Shown here piece after piece: positions 41,288 through 50,620 of a stretch of 64,000 nt of DNA. Every line of letters starts with the position of its first letter. The stretch's first letter is position 1. The stretch spans positions 93,835 through 157,834 of the forward strand of contig CAYTIC010000003.1 of the NCBI GenBank assembly GCA_964437795.1, written 5' to 3'. Both the position numbers and the translations under genes were made by a program. The notes beneath the pieces are model-generated. The model ran no database searches, was not told the origin of the DNA, and saw only the letters and a list, made by a program, of their open reading frames with translations. The stretch is from an uncultured Dehalococcoidales bacterium. GTDB lineage: Bacteria > Chloroflexota > Dehalococcoidia > GIF9 > UBA5629.

Positions 41288-42154
41288 ATGCCGGTCGACG
41301 TGAATATCTGGATACTGGCGGGCACAGGTTTTACGGCCGGCCTGCTCGGCTCTATGCTGGGGGTGGGCGGCGGCTTTATCATTGTGCCCGTGCTTACCCT
41401 GGCGCTGGGCCTGCCTATACAATACGCCATCGGCAGCAGCCTTATCTCCATTGTGATCAACGCCTGCACGGCTACCGGCGTTTATATACGTGCCCATATG
41501 ACCAATCTCAAGCTGGGCCTGCTGCTCTCATGCGCGCTCGTCCCCGGCGCTGTGGCAGGGGCCTTCCTGGCGGCCCGGTTATCCTCGCCAATCCTCACCA
41601 TCATTTTCGGAGCGCTGATGGTATATGTAGCCTATCTCATGATGCCTAAGAGGCCTCGCAGACTGACACCGGAGCAACTGAGTGCAACTAAAAAAGTACA
41701 GGAAAAGGAGCATGCCACACATGCCTGGCTGGATGGCTGTTACTACGATCCTGCTATTAATCAGGAAATCTCCTATCAGGTGCACCGTCCCGTGACCGGC
41801 ATGGTGACCAGCTTCTTCGCCGGCGTTATCTCAAGCCTGCTCGGCATAGGCGGTGGCATCATCAATGTCCCGGTTATGCACCAGTTCATGAAGGTGCCGC
41901 TCAAGGCCACCATAGCCACCAGCAGCCTGCTGCTCTGCTTCACCACAATGACCGGCTCGCTGATTTACGTATTCAACGGTTATGTTGTGCCCTACATCGT
42001 AGCGCCACTGATCATCAGTGTATTCCTTGGCGCCCGTCTGGGTGCGTCGCTGGCGCACCGGTCACGCAGCACCCTGCTCATGTGGGTATTCGCGATCTTC
42101 CTGGGCATAACTGCAGTATTAATGATTCTCAAGGCGCTTAATATATTGGGATGA
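41288..42154 (+). CDS. TauE/SafE (TSUP) family sulfite/anion exporter
   Basis: 288 aa. An internally duplicated 4+4 TM protein with GVGGG.I.VP and GIGGG.I.VP motifs. Confidence 0.85.
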   Translation: MPVDVNIWILAGTGFTAGLLGSMLGVGGGFIIVPVLTLALGLPIQYAIGSSLISIVINACTATGVYIRAHMTNLKLGLLLSCALVPGAVAGAFLAARLSSPILTIIFGALMVYVAYLMMPKRPRRLTPEQLSATKKVQEKEHATHAWLDGCYYDPAINQEISYQVHRPVTGMVTSFFAGVISSLLGIGGGIINVPVMHQFMKVPLKATIATSSLLLCFTTMTGSLIYVFNGYVVPYIVAPLIISVFLGARLGASLAHRSRSTLLMWVFAIFLGITAVLMILKALNILG

Positions 42155-42161
42155 TAATGAT

Positions 42162-42527
42162 ATGGAATGCCAGTTAGACAGCAGACACGAAAAACTTCAC
42201 GGCCTTAACCGGCGCATCAGCCTGGCCCTGAGGGCAGGCACAGTTTTCAGCCTGCTGCTGATCGCAGCCGGGCTGATACTGTTTTTTATCAGTGGAGCGC
42301 CACACACTGCTATGCTGACACCCATAGTCACCCTGGTACCCGGGGTGATATCGCTGGACCCGTCGGCATTCATAACTATCGGCCTGATCCTTATGCTGCT
42401 CCTGCCCGTTGTAATTCTCATCTTATCGCTTGCGCACTTCATCGCCGAGCGGGAGAAGCAACCCATCATCGTTTGCATCGTGTTGATTGCGATGCTGGCA
42501 TCCAGCCTCATTTTGATATTGAAATGA
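42162..42527 (+). CDS. DUF1634-family membrane protein (usual TauE partner)
   Basis: 121 aa with three TM helices. It immediately follows the TauE gene, as is typical for this family. Confidence 0.7.
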   Translation: MECQLDSRHEKLHGLNRRISLALRAGTVFSLLLIAAGLILFFISGAPHTAMLTPIVTLVPGVISLDPSAFITIGLILMLLLPVVILILSLAHFIAEREKQPIIVCIVLIAMLASSLILILK

Positions 42528-42528
42528 A

Positions 42529-42557
42529 TTGACCGTTGACAGGGCCTGTGTTATCAT
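42529..42557 (+). promoter_or_regulatory. Candidate promoter TTGACC-17-TATCAT, 9 nt upstream of the udg ATG
   Basis: Hexamers at 42529-42534 and 42552-42557. There is no SD between the -10 and the ATG at 42567. Confidence 0.4.
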
Positions 42558-42566
42558 TCCGATTAG

Positions 42567-43163
42567 ATGTCACCTCTGACTGAACTTTACGCGGAAATAG
42601 AACGCTGCAAAAATTGTGATCTGGCCAGGCATCGCACTAAAGTGGTGCCGGGAGAAGGTCCCGAAGACGCCAAGCTCCTTTTTATAGGTGAGGCCCCGGG
42701 CTACCATGAAGACCAGACCGGCAGGCCTTTTGTGGGACAGGCAGGACAATACCTGGACCAGCTTATCGGCATGATAGGCTACAAGCGAAACCAGGTCTTT
42801 ATCGCCAACGTTATCAAGTGCCGGCCCCCCGAAAACCGTGATCCGTTGCCCGGTGAGATCATGGCCTGCAGCAAGTGGCTGGAGCGACAGCTCGAGCTGA
42901 TCAAGCCCCGCGTAATAGTGACTTTAGGGCGCTATTCCATGGCTAAATATTTTCCCGGCGACAGCATCAGCAAGGTGCACGGCCGGGCTAAACGTATAGG
43001 TAACGTAATCTATTTTGCCATGTACCACCCGGCGGCAGCTCTGCACCAGGGCAACCTGCGCAGGGTGATTGAGGCCGACATGCTCAAGCTGCCTGCTGTA
43101 CTGGCAGAGGCCGGCAAAATGGAGGAGGAAAAAGACAAGCCCGCCCAGCTCAATCTTTTCTAA
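42567..43163 (+). CDS. udg: Uracil-DNA glycosylase, family 4
   Basis: Motifs: C..C.L, GEGP......FIGEAPG..ED..GRPFVG.AG..L, and HP(A)A near the C-terminus. Confidence 0.88.
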   Translation: MSPLTELYAEIERCKNCDLARHRTKVVPGEGPEDAKLLFIGEAPGYHEDQTGRPFVGQAGQYLDQLIGMIGYKRNQVFIANVIKCRPPENRDPLPGEIMACSKWLERQLELIKPRVIVTLGRYSMAKYFPGDSISKVHGRAKRIGNVIYFAMYHPAAALHQGNLRRVIEADMLKLPAVLAEAGKMEEEKDKPAQLNLF

Positions 43164-43169
43164 AATGCA

Positions 43170-44822
43170 ATGACCCGTCACAAGTTAAAAATAATTCCCC
43201 TCGGCGGCCTCGGCGAGATCGGCAAGAACATGATGGCCGTCGAATACGGCGAAGATATCCTCATCATCGACTGCGGCATGATGTTCCCGGAGGACGAGAT
43301 GCTGGGAGTCGACCTGCTCATACCGGATATAACCTACCTGCTCGAGAACAAGCACAAGCTGCGCGGCATTGTTATTACGCATGGCCACGAGGACCACATC
43401 GGCGCCCTCCCCTACGTCCTGCCTCAGCTCGACCTCCCCATATATGCCACCAAGCTCACGCAGGGGCTTATCTCGGTCAAGCTCAAGGAGCACCGTTCCC
43501 TGATTAAAGCACGACTCAAGCTGATAACGCCCGGCGTGCGATTCCAGGTGGGTGGTTTCAAGGTCGAGGCTTTCCCTGTCTGCCACAGCATACCCGACGC
43601 CGTGGGATTAATAATCTATACACCGCTGGGCGCCATCGTCAACAGCGGCGACTTCAAGATAGATTACACGCCGGTGGACGGGCGGCCCACCGATCTCTCC
43701 AAGCTGGCCAAGCTGGGCAACGAAGGCGTACTGTTGCTGATGGCCGATTCCACCTATAGCGAACTGCCCGGCTATACTCCCTCGGAGAAAATTGTCGGCC
43801 AGACCCTGGACCATATCATCGGCGATGCGCCCGGACGGGTCATAATCGCCACTTTCTCATCGCTGATATCCCGCATCCAGATGGTTATCGATGCCGCCAC
43901 ACACCACAAACGCCATGTCTTCATCGTCGGGCGCAGCATGCGCGATACGGTCAAGATGGCCCTGGAACTGGGCTATCTGCACGACACGGGTCAAGTACTG
44001 TGTACTGCTGATGACCTTAAGAAGTACAGCCATAGCCAGACCATACTGCTCACCACCGGCAGCCAGGGCGAGCCGACCTCGGCGCTGGTGCGCATTGCCA
44101 ACCGCGACCATCCTGAGATACGTATACACCAGGGCGATACCGTGGTCATATCCGCTACACCCATACCCGGCAACGAATCGCTCATCAACCGCACCATAGA
44201 CAACCTCTTCCGTCAGGGCGCCAACGTTATCTACGGCTCGCGCTCCAACGTGCATGTGCACGGCCACGGCAGCCAGGAGGAGCTCAAGATGCTGCTCACG
44301 CTGGCCAAGCCCAGGTTCTTCATGCCGATACACGGCGAGTACCGCCATCTCGTGATACACGCCGGGCTGGCCAAAAGCCTTGGTATACAGGAGAGCAACA
44401 TCTTCGTCATGGATAACGGCAATATACTTGAGATCGACGGCGAGAAGGCGCGCATATCAGGTAAGCTGCCCTACGGCAACGTCTATGTGGACGGCCTGGT
44501 GCTGGGCCGCCATGCCCAGGTGATACTACGCGACCGCAAGCTGCTTTCCCGCGACGGTATCGTGGTGGTTATCGTAGCCCTGGACAAGAAGGAAGGCACA
44601 TTGGTAGGCACTCCTGATATCGTATCCCGCGGTTTCGTAGATGCCGAGCATGACGGCACTGTGATCGAGCAGGGTCGCGAGCTGGTAGCCAGTACACTTG
44701 GCAAGGGGCACCACACCGAGCAAGGCGCCATTCACACTCGCGTTAAAGAAACCCTGAGCAAGTTCTTCTACGAGAAAACCAAGCGCCGCCCCATGATAAT
44801 TACAACTGCTATCGAGGTATAG
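43170..44822 (+). CDS. rnj: Ribonuclease J
   Basis: 550 aa. Motifs: IIPLGGLGEIGKNM, the metallo-beta-lactamase HGHEDHIG motif and a beta-CASP region. Confidence 0.93.
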   Translation: MTRHKLKIIPLGGLGEIGKNMMAVEYGEDILIIDCGMMFPEDEMLGVDLLIPDITYLLENKHKLRGIVITHGHEDHIGALPYVLPQLDLPIYATKLTQGLISVKLKEHRSLIKARLKLITPGVRFQVGGFKVEAFPVCHSIPDAVGLIIYTPLGAIVNSGDFKIDYTPVDGRPTDLSKLAKLGNEGVLLLMADSTYSELPGYTPSEKIVGQTLDHIIGDAPGRVIIATFSSLISRIQMVIDAATHHKRHVFIVGRSMRDTVKMALELGYLHDTGQVLCTADDLKKYSHSQTILLTTGSQGEPTSALVRIANRDHPEIRIHQGDTVVISATPIPGNESLINRTIDNLFRQGANVIYGSRSNVHVHGHGSQEELKMLLTLAKPRFFMPIHGEYRHLVIHAGLAKSLGIQESNIFVMDNGNILEIDGEKARISGKLPYGNVYVDGLVLGRHAQVILRDRKLLSRDGIVVVIVALDKKEGTLVGTPDIVSRGFVDAEHDGTVIEQGRELVASTLGKGHHTEQGAIHTRVKETLSKFFYEKTKRRPMIITTAIEV

Positions 44823-44834
44823 TAGAATAAACCT

Positions 44835-47024
44835 ATGCCCGCCAGAAAAAGCAGGGGTAACAACAACCAGAAATCATCGCAGAAGAAAGCCGGCAAGGGA
44901 TCCGGCAATTCGTTCCTCTCCTTTCTCTTTTCTCCCCCCGTATTGCTGGCTATTATCTTTGTTGTTGCCGTCTGCCTTACGGTTGCCTTCTGGCCGCTCA
45001 TCATGCGGGCCCTGGGTGAGCTCGGCTCGGAAATCTCCTCTGCGCTCGACATAGCCGGGACTAATATCGTCAGGCTGACGGGATTGGGCGTTATATTTGT
45101 GATCATAGCCGTAATTGGTCTGCTAGTTATAATAGGCCGTCCTTCGTCTTTCGCGCGCAACTGGAACTACTATATAGCGGCCGCTGCATTCATGACTGCT
45201 GCCTGGGGTTTGCTTTCCTACCTTCGCCCTTCCGGCTCCGGTATACTGGCGCAGGTTACGCTGGGCGGCCGCATCGGGCAGGCCATCGTCACAGATTCAT
45301 TGATTACAGGAATATTTATTCTCGTGGTGCTGGTAGGATTGGGCATATTCCTGGTGGCACCTGAATGGACGCTGGGTCTTTTTAAGCGCACGGCAAAGGG
45401 AACAGCCGGGGCTGTCGGTGATATCGCGGAAGCCGTTAGAGAATCCAACGCCAGGAAAAAAGCTCTGACACCCGTAAGGGAAAAGGCAGTGGAACAGCCT
45501 GCTATCGTCGGGAAATCTGAGGAACCCGTAGCGCCTGCCGATACCGCTGTGATGGACAGGCTGCGTTCCGGCATAACCGTGGGCGGCTGGTCGCTGCCCA
45601 ATATAAATATTCTCGACAAGATCGCCGAGACCATTATCAGCGACAGCGAGATAGAAAAACGCAGGGATACCATCGAGGAGGCCCTGGCCAGCTACGGAGT
45701 TGAAGCCAAAGTGATCGAAGTTAACCGCGGGCCCACGGTCACACAGTTCGGCGTCGAGCCCGGCTGGGACCGCAAATTCAGGGAGATCAGGGAAAAGGAC
45801 AGGGACGGCAACGTCAGCAGCAGGCAGGAAGAGGTCGGACGTACTCGAGTCAAGGTCGAACGCATCAACTCCCTGTCCAACGACCTGGCGCTGGCGCTGG
45901 CTGCGCCCAGCATCAGGATCGAGGCGCCCGTGCCCGGCAAGTCAATGGTAGGCATCGAGGTGCCCAACACCACCTTCGGCTCCGTCGGGTTGCGCGGTGT
46001 AATGGAGAGCACTGCCTTCCAGAAAATGCTGGCAAAGTCCCGGCTGGCCATCGCGCTGGGCAAAGGCGCGGGTGGAGAGACTATTGTGGCCGACCTGGCC
46101 AAGATGCCTCATCTGCTTATCGCCGGCGCCACGGGCAGCGGAAAGAGCGTCTGCCTTAACTCCATCATCTGCTGCCTGATGATGAACAACACTCCCGATG
46201 CAGTACGTTTCGTTATGGTCGATCCCAAGCGGGTCGAGCTGGTCAACTACAACAGCATCCCACACCTGGTGTCGCCCGTGGTGGTGGATACAGACAAAGC
46301 TGTCATGGCTTTGCGATGGCTGAGCTCCGAGATGGACATCCGCTACAAACGCTTCTCAGCCGGTAAGGCCCGTAATATCGAAGATTTCAACAAGAACAGG
46401 CAGCCCTCGGAGTGTATGCCTTATATCATCGTAGTGATCGATGAGCTGGCCGACCTTATGATGGCCGCCTATGACGAGGTCGAGCACGCCCTCTGCCGCC
46501 TGGCGCAGCTTGCACGCGCCACCGGAATACATCTGATCGTGGCAACCCAGAGGCCTTCGGTGGACGTGGTGACAGGATTGATAAAAGCCAACTTCCCCAC
46601 GCGCATGAGCTTCGCTCTGACTTCACAGGTGGATTCCCGCACCATCATCGATTCCGCCGGCGCCGAGAAGCTGCTGGGCAGGGGCGACATGCTTTACATG
46701 CCGCAGGACGCCTCCAAGCCCAAACGTCTGCAGGGCACTATGGTCGGCGACGCCGAGATCGAGAGGCTGGTCAACTTCTGGGCCAACCAACGCCGGCAGG
46801 AAGCACAGGCCGTTAAGTTCGAGGAGATGGCCCAGGCCGGCGCCGACGGCAAGAAGCCGGCCGAGGACGAATTGCTCGAGAAGGCCCGACAGCTTGCCCT
46901 TGAATCAAAGGATATATCCGCATCATACCTGCAGCGCAAGCTGCAGATCGGCTTCCCGCGTGCGGCACGGATCATGGATAAGCTAAAGGAAGAAGGGTTT
47001 GGGAAAGAGAAAGGCGGAGAGTAA
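44835..47024 (+). CDS. ftsK: DNA translocase FtsK
   Basis: 729 aa. N-terminal TM helices, Walker A GATGSGKSV, VIDELADLMM, ATQRPSVDV, and a C-terminal gamma winged-helix (SYLQRKLQIGF.RAARIMD.L). Confidence 0.93.
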   Translation: MPARKSRGNNNQKSSQKKAGKGSGNSFLSFLFSPPVLLAIIFVVAVCLTVAFWPLIMRALGELGSEISSALDIAGTNIVRLTGLGVIFVIIAVIGLLVIIGRPSSFARNWNYYIAAAAFMTAAWGLLSYLRPSGSGILAQVTLGGRIGQAIVTDSLITGIFILVVLVGLGIFLVAPEWTLGLFKRTAKGTAGAVGDIAEAVRESNARKKALTPVREKAVEQPAIVGKSEEPVAPADTAVMDRLRSGITVGGWSLPNINILDKIAETIISDSEIEKRRDTIEEALASYGVEAKVIEVNRGPTVTQFGVEPGWDRKFREIREKDRDGNVSSRQEEVGRTRVKVERINSLSNDLALALAAPSIRIEAPVPGKSMVGIEVPNTTFGSVGLRGVMESTAFQKMLAKSRLAIALGKGAGGETIVADLAKMPHLLIAGATGSGKSVCLNSIICCLMMNNTPDAVRFVMVDPKRVELVNYNSIPHLVSPVVVDTDKAVMALRWLSSEMDIRYKRFSAGKARNIEDFNKNRQPSECMPYIIVVIDELADLMMAAYDEVEHALCRLAQLARATGIHLIVATQRPSVDVVTGLIKANFPTRMSFALTSQVDSRTIIDSAGAEKLLGRGDMLYMPQDASKPKRLQGTMVGDAEIERLVNFWANQRRQEAQAVKFEEMAQAGADGKKPAEDELLEKARQLALESKDISASYLQRKLQIGFPRAARIMDKLKEEGFGKEKGGE

Positions 47025-47031
47025 GGTAGCC

Positions 47032-47226
47032 CTAATTTATTATCTCTTTAACTCGACCAACCTGGCCACTTTCCAGCCGGACCTTGATGCCATGGGAATG
47101 AAATGAGGAGTTCGTTAAAATGTCCTTGATTAGCCCTTCTGTTAGTTTTCCGGACCGCTGATCCGCCTTCGTTACTATTGAGACCCGCAGACCCACCTTT
47201 ACATATTCACGCTTTGTAATGCTCAT
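47032..47226 (-). CDS. ywbE: YwbE-family small protein (DUF2196)
   Basis: 64 aa. Motifs: KADQRSGKLT.G.IKDILT.S..H.HGIKVRL..GQVGRV. Confidence 0.8.
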   Translation of the reverse strand: MSITKREYVKVGLRVSIVTKADQRSGKLTEGLIKDILTNSSFHSHGIKVRLESGQVGRVKEIIN

Positions 47227-47255
47227 ACTGTAATTCTTTCTCGTATCATTCTACT

Positions 47256-47498
47256 TCACTGCGAATATTTTCTGATCGGCTTCAGAAGATACCCCAATCC
47301 GTTAAGTTTAATTTCATAAAGAGCCGATAGCAGCGTGCCGATTTTTCCCGGAGGAAAACCTTTCCGATGAAACCAGACCAGATAAGGTTCAGGCAAATCA
47401 CAAAGGATATAATCTTTGTATTTTCCAAAAGGCATTTTTACGGATACCAGGTCAACTAAAATTTGTGGATTTATGGGGCCGGAGTTATTTCTTTCCAT
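47256..47498 (-). CDS. DUF3820-family protein
   Basis: 80 aa. Motifs: MPFGKYK......DLPE.YL.WF...GFP.GK.G.LL....EIK.NGL. Confidence 0.75.
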   Translation of the reverse strand: MERNNSGPINPQILVDLVSVKMPFGKYKDYILCDLPEPYLVWFHRKGFPPGKIGTLLSALYEIKLNGLGYLLKPIRKYSQ

Positions 47499-47608
47499 TT
47501 ATACTTCGTCCAAATCCAATACATACTATATCCGATGACTTTGGCTCTGTAAACCGTAATGACCGCACTTTCAACCTCACCTATCTGCCGACCTTCATAT
47601 AAACTCAT

Positions 47609-47636
47609 TTAACATTCCCGTATACTTCGGTATAAT
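47609..47636 (+). promoter_or_regulatory. Candidate promoter TTAACA-16-TATAAT for the M24 gene
   Basis: Hexamers at 47609-47614 and 47631-47636, followed by a 32-nt leader with AAGGAGG before the GTG at 47669. Confidence 0.45.
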
Positions 47637-47668
47637 AGCAGGAAATCCCCGCTTAAAGGAGGCAGACC

Positions 47669-48829
47669 GTGAAGCTTGAGCCTATTACAGCAAAACCAAG
47701 TAAAGAAGAGCTGGACGCACGCCTGGAGAAAGTGCGTGAGTTGATGGACAAGAAGAAGCTGGATTACTATGTTTCCTTCTCGCCGATCAACATCTATTAC
47801 CTGACCAATTTCGCCAACATAGTGCACGAGCGGCCGTTCATACTGGTGATAGGCAAGAAGGGGCCGATGAGAATGGTCTGCCCGCTTCTGGAATCGACGC
47901 ACGTCAAGACGAGGGCGCGATGCGACCTGGATTACGTCATCTACTACGAATTCCCTGCGCCCTCAGGGCAGAACTGGTATGACGTTTACAGGCCGCTTTT
48001 TAAAGACAGCGACCGCATCGGTATTGAATCTGCCATGCCTTCAGGTATACGAGAGGAGACGCGCGGCACAACCACCATCACCAATATCATCGAAGAGGTC
48101 CGCGTAATCAAGACCGAATACGAGATAGGGCGGACCGTGCACGCCTGCAAGGTGGTTGACGAAGGCATGAAAAAGCTGCTGGAGCTCACACGTATGGGCG
48201 TGCCGATAATCACCATCTACAGTGGACTGGTGCAGGCAATGATGGCCAAGGCGCTGATTGAAGTGCCCGACATCAACCTGATGGCCAGCAAGTTCCAGGG
48301 CGCCGTCTGGCCGCCCTCAATTTCTCACGATCCGCACATCATTCCCACTCCCTTTATGGTCATGGAGGAAGGCGGGCCATCCTGCTCGATCGTCGGCGCC
48401 ATCGTGGACGGCTATGGGGTCGAGATCGAGCGCACACTTTTCCTGGAGCGCGTGCCGGATCACGCCAAGAAGTTATTCGATGTAATGATGAAGGGACGCG
48501 CTCTGGCCTACAAGCTGGCCCAGCCGGGCATAGTACTGGAGGAAATCGACAAGCAGGTGAGGCAGGTTTTTATTGACGCCGGCTACGAGAAAAATATCAT
48601 TCACCGCACAGGACACGGCTTAGGTATCACGGGCCACGAGGACCCCTTCCTGGCACTGGGCGATAAGCGTAAGCTGGCCCCCGGTATGATAGTAAGCATC
48701 GAGCCAGGCATATATTTCAAAGGACAGGGCGGCTACCGCCATTCCGATACCGTGTTGATAACTGAGACTAGCAACCTGAAATTGACCAATGCACCTGATC
48801 AACTGGAAGAGCTGCTATTCAAGAAGTAA
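47669..48829 (+). CDS. M24-family (Xaa-Pro peptidase/creatinase fold) protein with non-canonical metal ligands
   Basis: 386 aa. Creatinase-like N-domain plus pita-bread domain (HRTGHGLGITGHE, GMIVSIEPGIY). By hand alignment to E. coli PepP, two of the five metal ligands appear substituted. Confidence 0.8.
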   Translation: MKLEPITAKPSKEELDARLEKVRELMDKKKLDYYVSFSPINIYYLTNFANIVHERPFILVIGKKGPMRMVCPLLESTHVKTRARCDLDYVIYYEFPAPSGQNWYDVYRPLFKDSDRIGIESAMPSGIREETRGTTTITNIIEEVRVIKTEYEIGRTVHACKVVDEGMKKLLELTRMGVPIITIYSGLVQAMMAKALIEVPDINLMASKFQGAVWPPSISHDPHIIPTPFMVMEEGGPSCSIVGAIVDGYGVEIERTLFLERVPDHAKKLFDVMMKGRALAYKLAQPGIVLEEIDKQVRQVFIDAGYEKNIIHRTGHGLGITGHEDPFLALGDKRKLAPGMIVSIEPGIYFKGQGGYRHSDTVLITETSNLKLTNAPDQLEELLFKK

Positions 48830-48836
48830 GGGGATT

Positions 48837-50135
48837 ATGAATATGAAAGAATCCGTTAACACACAACCTCAGGAATATAAAACCGGCGGCGCGAGCGCAA
48901 TGTATATCCTGGTCATCTGCACCCTGCTATACGTCATAAACTACATAGACCGGCAGGTTTTCTCCGTGGTGCTGCAACCCATGAAGGTCGAGTTGGGGTT
49001 GACCGATACCCAGTGCGGCCTGGCGCAGACCATCTTCATCCTGGGCATGGCGCTCTTCTCCTTCCCGGTGGCGTACCTGGTCGACCGCTGGAGCCGCAAC
49101 AGGACCATCGGTATCATGGCCCTGCTTTGGAGTCTCTTCACCTTCCTGACCGGCTTCGCTAAAAACTTTACCTCGTTGATCGTACCGCGCAGCCTGGTGG
49201 GCGTTGGCGAATCCGGCTTCACCGCCGGCGGCGTGGCCATGGTCAGCGCCGCCTACCCGCCCGAAAAGCGCGCCCGCATGCTGGGTATCTTCAATATCGG
49301 CATACCCCTGGGCGCCGCCATCGGCGTGATCGCCGGTGGTGCCATCTCCGCCGCTATGGGCTGGCGATGGGCTTTCTACATCTTCGCCATTCCCGGCGTC
49401 ATACTGGGAATCCTGGCCTTTTTCATGCGCGATTACAAGACAACAACCGGCCCGGGCCCTGCTGGCACCAGGGTTAATTTCGGCAAGTCCATCGCGTCTT
49501 TGTTCCGCATCCGCAGCCTTGTGCTGTATTTCTTCGGCTACGGCATCCTCTGCTTTATGACCGTGTCTGTATTGGTCTGGGCGCCCGCTCTGATGATGCG
49601 CCTGATGAATATCTCCGAGGCCACGGCCGGAATGATAGTGGGCGGATGGGCCCTGACGGCCATCATCGCCGCCCCATTCGGCGGCTGGTTGGCCGACCTC
49701 TGGCAGAAGAAGACCGGCAAGGGCCGGCTCTACCTGCCGGCGCTTGCATCCGTGCTGGCCGCCATCGTGCTCATAGTCATGGTAATACTCAAGTTCGGCC
49801 CCATCGGTATAGCCCTGGGCTTTTTCTACGGCTTCCTCTCGGTAGTCGGCTCGCCTGCGCTTAACGCCGTCTCGCAGGACGTGGTGCCGGCAGCCCATAA
49901 AGGACTATCCATGGGTATGGCTGTATTCGCCGCCTATATGTTCGGAGGCGCATGGGGGCCCTCCGTAGTGGGCGCCATTTCCGACGCACTGGGCGGAGGT
50001 GCTAATGGGCTCCTCACCGCCTTCCTTTTTACCACCATAGCGGGCTTCATCGCGGCGCTGCTGCTCTGGCTGGCCGCCCGTACCTACCCGGCAGATATGG
50101 CCAAGGTCATGAAGGAAACCCTAATCGCCAAATAA
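48837..50135 (+). CDS. MFS transporter
   Basis: About 12 TM helices and the D-R-x-G-R-like loop (LVDRWSRNRT). The start was chosen at the ATG at 48837, after the upstream stop and AAGGGG. Confidence 0.85.
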   Translation: MNMKESVNTQPQEYKTGGASAMYILVICTLLYVINYIDRQVFSVVLQPMKVELGLTDTQCGLAQTIFILGMALFSFPVAYLVDRWSRNRTIGIMALLWSLFTFLTGFAKNFTSLIVPRSLVGVGESGFTAGGVAMVSAAYPPEKRARMLGIFNIGIPLGAAIGVIAGGAISAAMGWRWAFYIFAIPGVILGILAFFMRDYKTTTGPGPAGTRVNFGKSIASLFRIRSLVLYFFGYGILCFMTVSVLVWAPALMMRLMNISEATAGMIVGGWALTAIIAAPFGGWLADLWQKKTGKGRLYLPALASVLAAIVLIVMVILKFGPIGIALGFFYGFLSVVGSPALNAVSQDVVPAAHKGLSMGMAVFAAYMFGGAWGPSVVGAISDALGGGANGLLTAFLFTTIAGFIAALLLWLAARTYPADMAKVMKETLIAK

Positions 50136-50151
50136 GTGTGGAGAAAGAAAC

Positions 50152-50529
50152 ATGAAATTGTCATCACTGCTGCGGCTGCAGATTATTTACGTCGTGCTGG
50201 GCATCCTGTACAACGGTGTCAGCCTTACCCTGATAACGATGGGAAAGCCCGGGCTTGCTCCTACGCAGCCGGTGCTGGGCACGATATCGCTAATAGTCTA
50301 TTCGCTTTGTCTTATCCCGGGGTTTATGGGCAAAATCACGTTATACAGGATACTGATGGGACTGGCTATTGTGGCTTTGGGATACGGCGGCGTGGTCACC
50401 CACATCATCAATATATTCACCCAGCCGCAGGTCTACAGCTCAATAGTGTCCTGGGCACTGGCAATCGGAATCAACCTCTTCGGCCTTGTGCTCAACATCA
50501 TCGCTGTATCCGGCAAATTTAAGAGGTAG
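50152..50529 (+). CDS. Hypothetical four-TM membrane protein
   Basis: 125 aa and strongly hydrophobic with a regular helix pattern. I preferred it over the overlapping Arg/Gly-rich ORF at 50136-50522. Confidence 0.55.
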   Translation: MKLSSLLRLQIIYVVLGILYNGVSLTLITMGKPGLAPTQPVLGTISLIVYSLCLIPGFMGKITLYRILMGLAIVALGYGGVVTHIINIFTQPQVYSSIVSWALAIGINLFGLVLNIIAVSGKFKR

Positions 50530-50620
50530 TCTTTATGTAAATCCAACTATTCATGGTATTATAGATTTATCAAGCTGATTATAGCTGCATACCCGTTGCT
50601 GTACTTGGAGGATTTGGAGC

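Noticed and set aside
43159-43172. TAAAAT-gca-ATG ahead of rnj. It has the same form as the TATAAT-gca-GTG ahead of the atpZ-like ORF at 11610-11621.
   Set aside because: A -10 element only 3 nt from the start codon cannot drive that start. I treat it as coincidence or as an indication of mis-set starts, not as a shared regulatory motif.
47473-47608. 45-codon minus-strand ORF (MSLYEGRQIGEVESAV...) upstream of and overlapping the DUF3820 start in another frame.
   Set aside because: It has no SD, overlaps the -35 of the plus-strand promoter and the DUF3820 start, and gives no family signal.
48927-49898. 323-aa Arg/Gly/His-rich ORF antisense to the MFS transporter gene.
   Set aside because: Its composition is low-complexity and non-protein-like. 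The opposite strand encodes a coherent 12-TM transporter.
50136-50522. 128-aa ORF overlapping the four-TM membrane ORF in another frame.
   Set aside because: Its Arg/Gly/His-rich sequence has no structure-like pattern. The alternative frame gives a regular four-helix membrane protein.
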